Below, piece by piece: positions 1-13,324 of a stretch of DNA of 64,000 nucleotides. The notes below the pieces were generated by a model, which was not told the DNA's origin, ran no database searches, and saw only the letters and a program-made list of their open reading frames with translations. Made by a program: the position numbers and the translations under genes. This DNA is from Eledone cirrhosa (taxonomy: Eukaryota): NCBI GenBank assembly GCA_964016885.1, contig OZ024748.1:25668001-25732000 (forward strand), given 5' to 3'. How positions within the stretch are numbered: position 1 is the first letter of the stretch; every line of letters begins with the position of its first letter.

Positions 1-1130
1 TTTTAGAATGGAGAACTTATAAACAGAAACAGGGCAGAGAAATTTGAATATTTTAGTTTTCAGAAGAGCTGGGCTGCTGACAATGAGGTTCTATAATTTT
101 GGCAGCTCCTTTTATTGACATATCAGGTGATGCCATCATCCACGGAAATGTGACAATGAGGTTCTTATCATTGTAGCAACTTGCTTTACCAACATATCAG
201 GTGATGCTTGGAAGGGTGCTTCGTCATTGAGCCTTGCCATCACCCTCGGAAATGCTGAAAGTGTGTTGGCTTGCCTCACAAAATATTAGAGGGTAAACTC
301 CAGCACCCATTGTTGTGCAGTGTGATTGAGTGTGAATATCTTTTACCACTTTTTTTCTCTTTTTTTTTAAAATAAAAAATAAAAATTGTATTTACTTGTA
401 TGCAAATTCACATGAAATAAATAATGATTTCTTTCTAGTGGTTTAAAAGAAGGAAAACTTTGATGAAGTTTTTGAAATCTTGAAAAATTAGTGGAACAAA
501 GACAGTACATAGAATGTTTTAGATTTTAAATGTTGAATGTTAAATTTGATATTTACTGATGAGCTGTGAGTTGGAATGTAGGGAAATTCCTTTAAATGTT
601 TTGTATTTCAAGAAAACAATTTATTTACCTAAGATAAAAAATAAATAATTCTGAAAAAATAAATAAAATTGGGCTACATTGAGTGATATTTCTCACATCA
701 CAGATGAATTCAGTTTAACTTTGCCACAATTATTTTTAGTGTGTGTGTGTGGGGGGGGCAATGTATGCATTACACACACATTAAATAAATCAGGAATCTA
801 TAATCAACTGGTTTAATTTATAATATTAATGTGTGTGTGTGTGTGTTTACACACACACACATATAAAAGGTGATGCTCTAATATGGACACAGGCAAAAGA
901 CTATCCGCACATACAGACACACATTTCAGAATGATGATGATCAATGAATTAGTTTTACTTGGAACTGTGAATTCGAAATCAAAAAGATGTTATGGACATC
1001 AGTAGCTGTTTTGTTTATATTGATGACCGGCGTAAAGGTTTTTTTAAAAAAGAGAAATAAATTGATATTTAGATTATATTAAAAGTAAATTAAGACAGAA
1101 GATATGTGGGAGAGAGAGAGATAGACTTAC

Positions 1131-1229
1131 ACTGAAGGAGTTGGACTTGTGCACAGAAGGAGTTCGTTTGTTCTTGCGGCCAGCCACTGGTGTTGAACCA
1201 GGCAAAACCCTGAAATCCAACTTAGAATC
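1131..1229 (-). CDS. AGAP1: AGAP linker exon preceding the PH domain, 99 nt
   Basis: ttttatttttag|GAT TCT AAG ... TTC AGT|gtaagt; DSKLDFRVLPGSTPVAGRKNKRTPSVHKSNSFS, resembling the TP..RK..RRSNLFT segment of AGAP1/CenG1A; phase 0/0. Confidence 0.82.
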
Positions 1230-1245
1230 CTAAAAATAAAAGTAG

Positions 1246-1258
1246 CATGCAGCATGCA
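1246..1258 (-). promoter_or_regulatory. Tandem UGCAUG (Rbfox-type) motifs just upstream of a 3' splice site
   Basis: Minus strand reads TGCATGcTGCATGctacttttatttttag|GAT; two hexamers at 1253-1258 and 1246-1251. Confidence 0.45.
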
Positions 1259-2697
1259 TTGTCATTAAAATAAGATATTTTTAACATAACAACCAGCACA
1301 AGTTTCTTCAAAGGTCACTCTCAAAATCAACAGCAGCAAATACATGCAAACAAATTTCAAAAAAAAAAAATAAAGAAAAAGAAAAGAACATATTTTTAAA
1401 AAAATGTTAAAAAACACATTAATAGCAACTTCTAACATTTCAGAACTTCATAATATATTGGAATAGTAATTAATAAGAGTCAACTAGTGGTTCCAGTCAT
1501 TAGGGTGTTATAATAAAAGTTGTGGTGTCTGTGTATGCACACACACATACGCACATGTAAAAATATATAAAGCTATTTTTCCAATTGTCTTCCAGTTAAT
1601 TTTAAAATGAGTCTTTATCAACAGATATAAATGAGTCTTTATCAACAGATATAAATTGAATGTGTCATGGTAAAGACAGCAACAGATATTAATTGAATGT
1701 GCCATGGTAAAGACAGCAATAGTTATGTTTAATGCGTCAGAAATGTTTTAATGTGTCACACACTGGAGGACTAAATAGCACAAATATTAGAGGAAGGGTG
1801 CGAATTACTGGAAACTAGAGAACTCTTTGACTGGACTTCAATACAATAAATGTTGAAGAGACAAAAGTAAATGAGACAACAGAAACGATAAATTTAAACA
1901 TAAATAAATAAATAAACAAATAATAATAATAAATCACAACTTTCTCAAAGGCTTGAAAGACATCTAGCCAGAAAAACTAATAATGGAATCCAATGAAAAT
2001 ACTCATCATATAAAAAGCAGAAATAATTTAAAAGTCATTACCATTCTGCAATCACTTTGTTTTAGAGCTATAAATATAAGGAGCATCATGCCTTTGCAAG
2101 TGTTTAGTACTTTGTCATTGGGTATTTTAGAAGTTTTAAAAAGACAAAATTGCAAGTAGAGTTGAAAACACCTATATCAAGAATAATACTGAGAACTGGC
2201 ACAAAGTGATTGCTTGTGATGAACCAGAGCCACTTGAAGAAGATATAAAATATTTTGTGTATATTTGTGTTTTTCTGTGGTTTTTATTCATTTACCTTTT
2301 TTATAACATGCAGACAATACTTTCTTATTTCATAATAAGAGATAAATGAAAACTGTGCTTTGGTTAATAGGAAAAATTATGATTCCATCGAATTATAGAG
2401 CTAGCAAGGTGGCAAAAGGATGAGGAATAGCTACTGGCTGTGTATGTACATAAATATTGCATTAAGAATGTACATAAATTATTATTATTAGCTATTTTTA
2501 CAATTGAATTTATGTAAAACATTTGGACAGAATGAAATAAATTTAATCATAAGAGAATGACAAACAACTTAGATATAAGTATTTATAATCTAACATTAAA
2601 TGCTTCTAAATTACACATTTATGGGGAGTATCTAAAAATGTATTTTATAAATTAACTTATTTTAAGATATATTTATTTTGAAGCATATATAATACAG

Positions 2698-2891
2698 TTA
2701 ACTCTTAAAGTCCTGTACTGCACAAAACTGCATTAGCAAGACATTCTTGAAAAGTACAAAACAGCCTAATGACTTCATACATTAAAGTCTTATCTTTAAT
2801 ACTGCAAATTTTCACAAAAATCTGTCTGCTATAAACATTTGAATTAACAAACCTGTCTTTAGACATTTCCTTACAGGATGTTAAGAGTTAA
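2698..2891. mobile_element. TTAA-flanked MITE family A (~190-230 bp, piggyBac-like)
   Basis: Ends TTAACTCTTAAAGTCCTGTA ... TACAGGATGTTAAGAGTTAA (18/20 inverted match). Related copies with the core 'ttagcaagacattcttgaaaagtacaaa' near 6890-7065, 10865-11095, 42340-42545, 45895-46105 and 51105-51312; a partial inverted copy lies near 12153-12270. Confidence 0.75.
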
Positions 2892-3345
2892 TATTCCTAA
2901 ATATAGATTTGTCATAAAATTGAATAAGATTAACAAATAAAAAAACCAGATTGACTTAAAGCTCTAAGTATAATATTTATTATAGTTAGATTATTTTAAA
3001 ATGCTGGCAATATTGCTGCTCTAAATTAATCAGGCAAATCTTAAATAAATAATAAATCAGTTATCAATAATAGCAGTGATTGAAAGATTTACCTATTCAT
3101 TGCAAGTATAAAACATTTAGCAATTGCTCATATTTATGATTAGAAATAATAGTTGGCTAATTTCAGCAAGTTCTAAAAAGGCAAATATTTGGAAGATTAG
3201 CATGAGAAGCTGGCACTGTATATTTTCAAATATACTAAATTCTTGTTTAACATGTGTGTATTTGTGAGAGCATAATTGGATGAAAAACACCACTAACACA
3301 TATTCAGTCTAATAACAGATAAACCAAAAACTGCAGGTATCTTAC

Positions 3346-3372
3346 TTGGAGGAACAGTGGTACATTCAAAAG
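3346..3372 (-). CDS. Candidate 27-nt microexon (LLNVPLFLQ)
   Basis: tttcttattttgtctaaacag|CTT TTG AAT GTA CCA CTG TTC CTC CAA|gtaaga; frame-preserving, phase 0/0, between two phase-0 exons. Splice signals only. Confidence 0.4.
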
Positions 3373-3704
3373 CTGTTTAGACAAAATAAGAAATCAAGTA
3401 TGGCATAGCAGAATATTTATAAAATGTTTTAATGTTAAAACAATGACACACATTAAGAAAATATCATGAATAAGTAAGTAGTAACAGTTGTTTGTCTCTA
3501 AAAGTCTATAGAAAATAATGAATACCCAAGCTAGGTTAGAGCAGCCTGAAAAGACATGCAATAGTTTAGCACTCCAGAAGAGATGTCAAGAACAATAACA
3601 CACACTTAGTACACTGATTATCAAACTGTGTCTATGCAAGGTGTGTGTGTGTTTGTAAGTTTGTATATGCCTGTGTGTAAATATATGTACACACACACAG
3701 ACAA

Positions 3705-3740
<36 letters not shown>

Positions 3741-3901
3741 AACATATATCTATTATATGTATGTATATATTATGTATACATATATATTTATTATATGTAT
3801 GTGCATGTATATATGTATATATACACACACAGAGGCAAACACAGATAGATATGTATAAAAAAACACACAAACACGTCAAACACAGATCAGATATGTGTGT
3901 C

Positions 3902-3932
<31 letters not shown>

Positions 3933-4828
3933 ACATACATTGTTTCAATGCTATACTGTTTAAAGACAGACATCTACAACATTTAAAAAGAGAGACAGAT
4001 TTCAAAGAAGTACCACCAGTAGAAGAGAAAAAGAGACAGAGAGAAACAAGAGTTGATTTCTTCAAATGTTTGTCACTGGAAAAAGCACCGGAAGATTGAG
4101 ATACTCATGCAGGAACCAAATCATTTACATTAAATATACTGTTTGTTTCAGTTCAGTGGCACATTGTAAAATAGTTTACTAATATACTAATAAATACTAA
4201 GAACATGCCAAGTAGTACTAATACTAACAAATCAAATCTCATTGGTTGGTATACAAAGTAAAATTTAGATGAGTTTTTTTTATATATTTTTAAACCATTT
4301 TATGAAATATAAAAAATAGTGAATGGAAATCTTCATAAAGATTTACATAAAATAATATGAAGAAAATTTAAACTTAAAGAGAAATGTGATAACTTCATCA
4401 TCTAAAAGTACTTTGGAAATATATATGAAATTACCATATTTTCTAATGAATTTGGAAAATAAGAAAAGTTTTAACATAAAATTATGATGGAAGGTTTTTA
4501 GATAAATATAAACACTTTGAAATTGTAGAACCAGGGGTGGTTTCAGGTGATTTGGTACCAAAAGAGGTTAAAAACATTTAAATTAAATTTCTTTTCTTCT
4601 TAAGATTACATGGAAAGCTGAATTAAAAGATAATGTAAAATATACAACTTTGTACAGAGAAGAAAGTATTAAAAAAATAAAAAAGCACAATTTTGTTGTT
4701 CTATTATTAAACAGTCAATCCTATCACCACAGTTGCTAGTATATGATCATTCCTATATCATTAATGTTGGCAGTTTAGATTTTAAATTGCTACCATCATA
4801 TGATCATCATCATTATTTAATAACTAAA

Positions 4829-4990
4829 ATTGGCAGTATCAGTAGAGCGTCAGACACCATGCTTTGCAGCATAGAGTCCAAATCCCACCGAGGTTAGCTT
4901 TGCCTTTCATCCTTATAGGGTCAATAAAATAAAGCACCAGTAATGCACTGGGGTAATTGCAGGCCTTGTGCCTAAAGTAGAAAAAATTAT
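4829..4990 (+). mobile_element. tRNA-derived SINE family 1 (Nin/Deu-like core, ATT tail), diverged copy
   Basis: tggcagtatcagtagag ... ctttgcctttcatcctta..gggtc.ataaaataaag.accag ... ggccttgtgcctaaagtagaaa; same sequence as the copies at 16638 and 29346. Confidence 0.8.
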
Positions 4991-5574
4991 TTAAGAACTA
5001 ATAATATGTAAACAGGAACCTCCAGTTTTGCGATCCTACCATATTTGCAGGGCTTACTGCATTAGTTGTGTATTTCTCTGTTGGCTGAGATGGGTGTGCA
5101 AAATCTTTGAGAATGATTCTGACTAGATTTGAAACTTCAGTTTAAATTATTCACACTTCATCAGGGTGCAGAGAAATCCATATAAAAAAACACATTTATT
5201 ACATTAACACTTTATTAGTGTGCAGAAAAATCTGTATAAAAGACGTGTTTATTACATATGTCAGTGTATTTATGTATTTACACAGTTACACAGCTTCAGT
5301 TAAGTTTTGTACTGTTTCTATACAGATATGTATTTACAGTAACTGCATTAACCACTGCCAATTCTAAGAACAATAACTATCAACCTAACCTCCATCCCTG
5401 AATTATCTTCAGCAAGATATATTCTTTTATAAAGGTGTAAGCACAAAATCAACTGGTGTGGGAGGATTTATTAAATTTAGTGAATATTTCGTTTCTCCTA
5501 ATCTTCACAAAACATTTTCTTCTTGTATTCCTATTCAGCATTTTGGTTGATTATATATTAAATAAGACCCTGTA

Positions 5575-5905
5575 CACCATCATCATCATCATCCTTTAAC
5601 ATGTTTTTCCTGCTAGCATCTTGCTTACATAGGTGTACCAGATGCATTTTAGTATGGCACTAGCACAATGGAGATTGTCAGGCCTTTGACACAACAAAAG
5701 AGTCCTCTATGCACTTTGTTCAGCATGGTTTCAACAGCTGGATGACTTTCCTATCACCAACCACATTACAGAGCATACTGGATATGTTTTGTTATGTTAC
5801 CAACACTAGAGAGGTTGTTGTACCCATGACACAACTGAAGAGTCCTCTCAATCATTGTTGGCAAGGTTTCTACAGTTGGATACCTTCCCTATCACTAATC
5901 ACATA
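5575..5905 (-). mobile_element. Degenerate (GAT)n-tailed RTE-3'UTR/SINE repeat
   Basis: (CAT)n followed by '...tttcaacagctggatgac...ccaaccacattacagag'. Similar old copies near 9075-9330, 12700-12975 (+), 13935-14170, 20570-20780, 22050-22345 (+), 42830-43180, 54320-54530, 55650-55970 (+) and 57070-57270. Confidence 0.7.
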
Positions 5906-6741
5906 AGTGAAGAAGAAAATACTTCAGACTTTGTTCATTTCAGTAATGAAAGGTGAAAAACATCATGGGTATATAAAGGTGAAAAACATCAGGGGTATAT
6001 AAACAAATTGGTTGTTTGATGAAAGAAACAGTGGTATATTGGTTTTTGGACAAATGCCATCAATGAATATGAAATGAAATAAAATATCTTTCTCTTAATA
6101 TGTCACTCAACATAATCCACAAATTAACTGAGCAATGAGAGCTGTTACTCAACGTAATCCTATCTTTCCTCCTTCTTATTATAGCACACTTAGTATTTTA
6201 GATAATGCCATCCAAGCCACATCAGAACATTTTACAATAACAGAGTAGTATCAAGAAAATAATGATATAATTAGGAAAACCCTTCAAAATAAGACATTAT
6301 CTCTTTCATAACAGAGTTTTATATATTTATGACTTGGTCTCAGTACATTCTTTGGAAGGTCACTTTCATATTATCCTTCAATCAAAATACTGTTTAGAGA
6401 CTTCACTGTACAAGAGCTGAATTTTACAAATGATGAAGTTAATACTTAATTTGGGTTTTTTTAAATCAAAATGTATCAATATTTTAATATATGTATATAA
6501 AATATATGTAGTTATCAGAGCATGATTTAAATACAATGAACAATTACAAATTAAAAGCTAAATTAATAGTTATTTTCTTTAGTTCTTAAACCTTAAATGT
6601 AATATAAACTTATAAAAAGTATTTTAATGAAAATTAGAATCATGCTCAAAATTTAGTTATACTTAGATAAATATTGTTGTTATATGAATTAAAGTATAGG
6701 AAACATCTGTATGGGCTAGACTTAACGAAGCAGCAATCTAC

Positions 6742-6864
6742 CTGCATATCTGTAGATGGTGGTCCACTATCAGATTTCTCTTTCTGTCGACGATCACCTT
6801 TTTCACCTTTTTCTCTCATATCTTTCTCTCTAGACATCAGATCTTTGGAAGAAGATCCTGAAAT
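6742..6864 (-). CDS. AGAP1: Probable AGAP linker exon, 123 nt, charged
   Basis: ttttgttttag|ATT TCA GGA ... ATG CAG|gtagat; ISGSSSKDLMSREKDMREKGEKGDRRQKEKSDSGPPSTDMQ; open, phase 0/0, purine-rich exon-like composition; no recognisable homology, so assigned by position and phase. Confidence 0.72.
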
Positions 6865-7424
6865 CTAAAACAAAAATGAAGAAATTATTAAGACTTAATG
6901 TCTTCTACCACATGAAACTACATTCTTGAATAATACAAAACAGCTCTATGACTGCATCACATTTAAAGAATTAACGTTTTTACTCTAATACTGAACATTT
7001 TCATAATGAACTATCCACAAGTAAAGATACCATAAACATTTGAATTAGCAAATCCATTTTTAGATATTATCGTCATCATTTAACACCTATTTTCCTTGCT
7101 AGCAAAGGTTGGACAGATGCACCAGCACTAGAGAGGGAGAGTTGGGTTGTGACTGAAGGATCCTCTCTACTGTTGAGAGGAGGGATATGGTGGGGGTAAA
7201 TAGGGAATAGGATGGGGGAGGTAAGAAGGATGAGCAGTATATTATAGGTATTTGGGTGGGGGGGGGGAGAAAGTATATCATTTTCTGCTAAATCATGGCT
7301 GAATGTTGAGAGCTAATAATATCTAGTTGCAATCAAAAATAACAATAGAAAATATTGATGGTCTTTTCTTCTCTGTCCATTTATTTAACTTGTTTCTGGA
7401 AGAGTAAACTTATAAATAAATGAT

Positions 7425-7750
7425 AAAAAAAAAAGACTGCCTTCAATAACGAATGACCATTGGATTTGCACATAGAAAGTTCCCCTCCAAGGCCCAAGTC
7501 CAGGCAAGGTTGCTTGTGGAACACCAGCAGTCTCCCCTGCATAACAATCCCCCTCACTGAGCCTCCAATGTTTTTCAAGGGAAAGACAAAGGCCGATACA
7601 ACTTGCCACCAAGGACCTCATAACTTATTTCTTCAGCTGAGTAAACTCAAGCAACATGAAATAAAGGGTCTTGCTCAAAGACACAACACACCGCCTGGGC
7701 CGAGAATCTAACTTACAACCACACGATTGTGAACCCAATACTCACACACC
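7425..7750 (-). mobile_element. tRNA-derived SINE family 2 (gtgtcc/tttgagcaaga core)
   Basis: Reverse strand gives 'ggcggtgtgttgtgtctttgagcaagaccctttatttcatgttgc...actcagctgaagaaat'; homologous to 59643-59725, 31030-31285 and 14720-14920. Confidence 0.7.
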
Positions 7751-8041
7751 CGTAGATTAATAAATCACTATTGATATTTATGATAAGGGTGACATACCTT
7801 GTAGGATATTTGTAGAATAGGAGATCTCAGACCAGAAACTAGATTAAATTGGCCAAGATATTACCAATTAAACTACTAATAATTAAAAATTTTATAACTT
7901 AAATTATAAAATATAAACTAGCAGAAAAAAAAACAGTCAACCAAATAAATAAAATTACACTGAAGAAGTAGTAAATGCATCATTTATCATGATGATGATG
8001 AAGTAGCACTTATAATTAAATGGTGCAAAGAATAATATACA

Positions 8042-8301
8042 TTAACTCTTTTGATACCAAACCACTTGACACTGTCCATGGTTCTATGATAAAAATTTGT
8101 TTGTTTTAAAGTGTTTATATTTATTTTTAAAACTCCCATCATAATTTCATGCAATAACCATTTGTTAAATTATGATCGAAAAACCAAATTAATAATGATA
8201 AAGTGAATTAAATACTAAATCCCTCCAAATTCTTGATTATTTTCACTTTATTTGAAATTCATAGGAGGTGTTTCATTAAAAATATACTAATGAAAGGGTA
8301 A
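8042..8301. mobile_element. TTAA-flanked MITE family B (~260 bp, piggyBac-like)
   Basis: Ends ttaactctttttgatacc ... taatgaaagggtaa; cleanest copy at 35079-35346. Other copies near 4330-4572, 23675-23933, 27815-28090, 29855-30097, 35974-36200, 45408-45850, 52360-52608 and 63116-63615. Confidence 0.75.
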
Positions 8302-8477
8302 ACAGATAACAAAGATTTATTTAACAAACTATTTTATGAATTAATTGAAAACCTAATTATTCTTTCCTTACACAATTCTAATCAAAAAATCCAAAGTACC
8401 GCAACAGAGTGTGTTGTTCAATTTTGTAATAAAATTTGGTGAATATTCCACAATCAGGTCTGACAAAGCAATTCATG

Positions 8478-8642
8478 AAGCAATGGTATATCAGTCTATA
8501 TACCAATGGTATCTTGGTTTATATACAGATGGTATATTAGTCTATATATCAGTGGTATACTGGTCTGTACAGCATTAATATAGCAATGGTATACTAGTCT
8601 ATACAGAATTAATATGGAAATGGTATACTGGTCTATATAGCA
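8478..8642. repeat. Degenerate short tandem repeat (tggtatactggtctata core)
   Basis: About six diverged copies of 'tggtata(c/t)t(g/a)gtctata'. Confidence 0.65.
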
Positions 8643-9439
8643 TTCACAAGGGACTTCCTCTAACAGCTTCACTTCCTCTAATTTCTTATCAGTAAGTAGC
8701 ATAATGCGGATTCACACGAACTTTATTTAAATGATGATGTACCAAACTTAGAATGAATGCATTGTATCGTAAATATTTTTCATTGATACAAGTGAAAGCA
8801 ATGTTACACCAGACCATGGTTGAGAAATGTTTGTTTGTTATTTTTTTCTCTTACAAGTCAAGGTCACACTCAATAACTAAATGTACAGTTATTATCAACT
8901 ACTCATATGCCAGGCCTATCCTGTAATATTATTACAATAATAAACATTGTCCAAAGTTAAAAATAAAAGTACTTCCTGTTCTGTAGCGAATAATATATTA
9001 GAATGTTATACTGATACCCAAAATATTCTTACATACAAGCATATAATGCTACATATTTAATGTCTTCATCACCATCATCCTTATTTTTACATCTGTATTT
9101 CATGTTGGCATGGGTTGGATGAGTTGTCATGGTCTGAGACTTGCTCATGACATTCCATATTTTGAATGGTTTCAACAGCTGGATGTTCTTCCTGATGCCA
9201 ACCACAGGATATGGTGGGTGTATTTCTCGTGACACTTGTACCACCACTTTACAGAGTGGATTGGATGCATTTCATCATGGTACTAATGCAAACACTTTAG
9301 AAAGTGTACTGGGTTTCCTTTTATCATGGCACAGGCACAAAATACTAGAATATTTTACCGATATGTAAATATTCTAACATATAAGGAAATAATACAATGT
9401 GTGCAGTATTAAATGTAAATATAGAATGGATTTGTTGGT

Positions 9440-9765
9440 TCCGACAATGATTGTTCTAGTTGTTCAATCAACAGAACAGTCTTCTCATGAAATGAAGATG
9501 TAAGTGGTTGAGCATTCCACAGCCACAAGTATCCTTAATATAATTCTTAGGGAGATTCAACATGACACTGTGCGTGACAAGGCTGGCCCTTTGAATTACA
9601 GGTACAGTCCATCCGACAGGCTTCCAAACAGTTTCTGTCTACCAAATTTCACTCACAGGGTTTGGTTTGACCCAAGGCTATGGTAAATTACATCTGCCTA
9701 TCATGCCACGCCATGGGATTGAACCTGGAGGCTAATGATTGCAAAATGAACATCTTAACCACCCA
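9440..9765 (-). mobile_element. tRNA-derived SINE family 3
   Basis: Reverse strand has A/B-box-like head 'ggtggttaag...ggttcaatccc' and core 'gtgagtgaaatttggtagacagaaactg'; second copy at about 46590-46905 and a partial one at about 44535-44665. Confidence 0.7.
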
Positions 9766-10525
9766 AATATACTACAGACATACACACATTTACAAACAGT
9801 AGTACAAAAAAAGCAAAGACTACACAATACAAAAGTAGAGTGCAATTATTTCGCTAGAATTGATGTTACTTTAAGCAATCACTTGCATGCATATGTATGT
9901 GACTGTGTATGTATGTGTAATTCATCATCATCATCATCCTTGTTTTTACATCAACTTTTCCATTCTGGTATGGGTTAGACAGGACTTTTCAAAGCAATGT
10001 TTTACAGCTAGCTGACCTTACTGATATCAACCTATTTAGTTACTTCTTAAAAAATGCAGGGATATGGTGAACCTATTCTAAACCAGATGGTTTATATGTT
10101 TATATTAACATACTAGCCACACAATTAAGAAACTAAGAATTGAAAATTTAAAATCTATGAAACAACATTTAGTAAATTAAATTACCACCCCAACAAACAT
10201 ATAAGAGTATATTTCTTTATCTTGTTGGCACTTGAACTACGATAAAAATACTATAACCATTGCTACAAATCCATTGACCAGATCAAATTACAACTAAAAT
10301 TCTACTACTATGATGTTATCAACATCTTACATTCAGTCACAACAATTTCCATGCCCCTATCTGGTCCCTATGTTCTAACACACATCCAAATAAAAAAACT
10401 ATATATAGGATAAGGCTGGATAATATCTCAGCACTTCAAAGGCTTAGTGAACTACTAATAAGCTTTGCTGAAACATCATAGCTATATTGTAAAAGATATA
10501 TATATATATATTTTCTATACTTTTC

Positions 10526-10585
<60 letters not shown>

Positions 10586-10651
10586 TATATATAGAGAAAG
10601 AAAGTGTGAGAGAGTTATATTATATATACATGAGAAGAAATATTGCCTATA

Positions 10652-10682
<31 letters not shown>

Positions 10683-13324
10683 TTCCACACGAGTCTATAT
10701 TTTCAGATTTCCCTGCTAAGCTGTTTATTTCACAGGAACCAGCAATAGAAAATCCCCTTTTTACACATTATTCAAGTCAGACTTTCATATCTAGTAATAT
10801 TGGAACTTATTTAGTAACTTCACTAAAAATAATTTAATATAAAGTCATATCTTGGAACCATCTTTGAATCTTTATGTCCTGTACTATTTGAAACCACATT
10901 AGCAAGACATTCTTGAAAAGTACAAACCAGTTCTATGACTGCATCATATTAAAAATTAAAGATTGTATTTACCCTAATACTGCAAATTTTCACAACGCTT
11001 TCTCCACTAGTAAAGACATTATCAACCTTTAAATTAACAAACCTATGTTTTTCGACATTTTCTGTTAAATCATTACAGGATGTTTAAGAGTTAATTAATA
11101 TCAATAAAAGAAAGACTACTTGCCACAATTGTAGGGAATGTAAATTAATCCATAGACATTGTAAATTATTCCGTTTTAAATTCAGAAACATTAGAAAGAA
11201 TGTCATAAATGTTTTTATATATATATTTCTTATTCACAAGGGAGTGAAATAAGTAGGAAAATGTAGTGCCAATCATCTCCAGTTTAGACAAAGGACAAAA
11301 AGAGACTATGTTTTATCACTAGCTGCAAACACTATTCAAATGTACTGTTTAGCAGAGTTAGGAGGAGAGATCATAGTAGTTTCTTAAGACCATAGAAGAA
11401 AGTAAAGAGAGGACCTACTCCATGTCTTCTTTGTTTATCATATATACTCTTAAACTAATCATACTTGCAACAATTACCTATTGGAAGGAGGGGTTAAATA
11501 AGAGTAAGCATAATATAACCCTAGGGGAAAATAAGATGATTATTTGTGTTGTATTTATTTCTTTAGGTATAAATATAAAGAAGGTTTAAGTAATAATGAC
11601 AGAGAGGGGGGGGGGTGTATGAGAGAGAGAGAGAGAGAATAAGGAGAAGGGAGAAAGAGGGGGGGGGGGGGGGGGGCAGTATAAAACCACCTGTTTGTTA
11701 CTTTTGTTTCAGAAGCTAAAGGATTATCAAAGATAACACTTAAAAACAATTACCTTTGTTTATAACTTTTAAGATAGATGAAAAACTGTGCGACTGAAAA
11801 TTATGCTTTAGATAAAATTAAATCTCTATCTCTCTTGTGTGTGTGCACACACTGAATTAATGTTATGATCAAAATTTTCATTTACTTTCAATAATTAATA
11901 TTTCCCCTTTCACCCAATACTTAACACTTTTACTTTTAACTAATTGTACACTTGAAAGGCTTACAGATACAACTGAAGAAGTGTTGTTATGTCTATCTCT
12001 TAAGCCAGCCTACTCAAGAAACTTGATGAGTCATTACATTATTTTAATTATCATATAACATCAACCAGGATGTTCATTAGTCAGTTTAATAAAGCTAAAT
12101 AATAGAGGAAAAAAATTAATCAGCTGTGTTTGTAAATTAAATGACAATCATTATTAACTCTTAACATCTTGTAATGATTTATCAGAAAATATCTCAAATG
12201 GGTTTGTTAATTCAAATGTTTACAATATCTTTACTACTTGACAGATCATTATGAAAATTTGCAGTATTAGCTGAGACCTCTAGTCTCTCACCACATTTAC
12301 TTTTAGTGTCACAGTTTCTTTTTATTATACATAGCACAGTAAACAATACTTTCTTCCTGGAACTGAAACCCTCTGGAATTCCATTCCTACACCACCTAGG
12401 TTTTTCCTGCAGACATCAAACTGAACATCATCATCATCATCAATCTCAGCAGTTTTGAGGAGGCTTTGAATAAGACAGCCAAGGGCAATATTCTCATCCT
12501 CTGACTCACTTATTAAAAGAAGGGATTATTCTAATACCCAACTTCTGTGTTTTTTCGTTATTACTCATCCTCAAACCAAACATATTTTATACTTTATAGG
12601 TTCTCTGTATTTATCAACATTATCAAGACCAGAATCTACAGTGTTTGGTAATCGAATGGAGAAAATGTAAGGACTGAGAGGACTCTTCAGCATGGCTTAA
12701 CATGTGGCAACCTCACTAGTACCACAATAAAAAGCACTCAATATACACTGAGGTGTGTTAGTGCTGGTGCTACAATAAAATGCACACTCTTCAAAGTGGT
12801 AGTGCTTATGTCACAAAAATTGCACCCAGTATAGCCTGTAAGATGGTTGGTATGGAAGAGCATCCAGCCATAGAAACCATGCCAAATATGGAACATAATG
12901 AGTTGGCATGGGTTGGACCATGACAGCCAGTTCAACCCATGCCAACATGGAAAGAGGACATAAAATGATGATGATATTTTAAAATACCTGCGTTCATTAG
13001 ATATGTCACCCACATATTTACTATATCACAATAGTTTCAAATTGAGTTTTCTAATATTGATTAGTTTTCTAGATTTTAATGATTATTATATATTTGTAAT
13101 TAATGAAAAATAATTCAAGTAATTACAATAAAACCTAAGAAAGCTTCTGAGTTTTAAGCTAAACATAATTCCCCTCTATATTAATGTCATAAATGCATAT
13201 AATTATCATAGTACAATTCAAAAGCTTCTTTTACAAATATGGACATTAAAAAAAACTATTTATCATTCTTATATAAAATTTAATATAAACGTTGCTATTT
13301 TAGATGCTGTTGCACTAGATATTG

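Noticed and set aside
556-600. CTGATGA...GAAA hammerhead-like spacing
   Set aside because: No stem II pairing between the two core motifs.
3761-4099. 112-aa plus-strand ORF with a charged C-terminus
   Set aside because: Begins in a TA/CA microsatellite, is antisense to the gene and has no recognisable domain.
61-6005. Small local duplications (about 80-210, 1605-1720, 5950-6003; similar ones at 28380-28490, 38320-38610, 40598-40700)
   Set aside because: Ordinary slippage-type duplications with no further structure.
7798-7838. Possible cassette exon with a strong AAG|GTATGT donor
   Set aside because: 41 nt, frameshifting, with TGA in the incoming frame and a weak acceptor; could only be a poison exon and has no further support.
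11754-11793. Possible exon tttcag|...AAG|gtaatt
   Set aside because: 40 nt, not frame-preserving between phase-0 exons, and very AT-rich.
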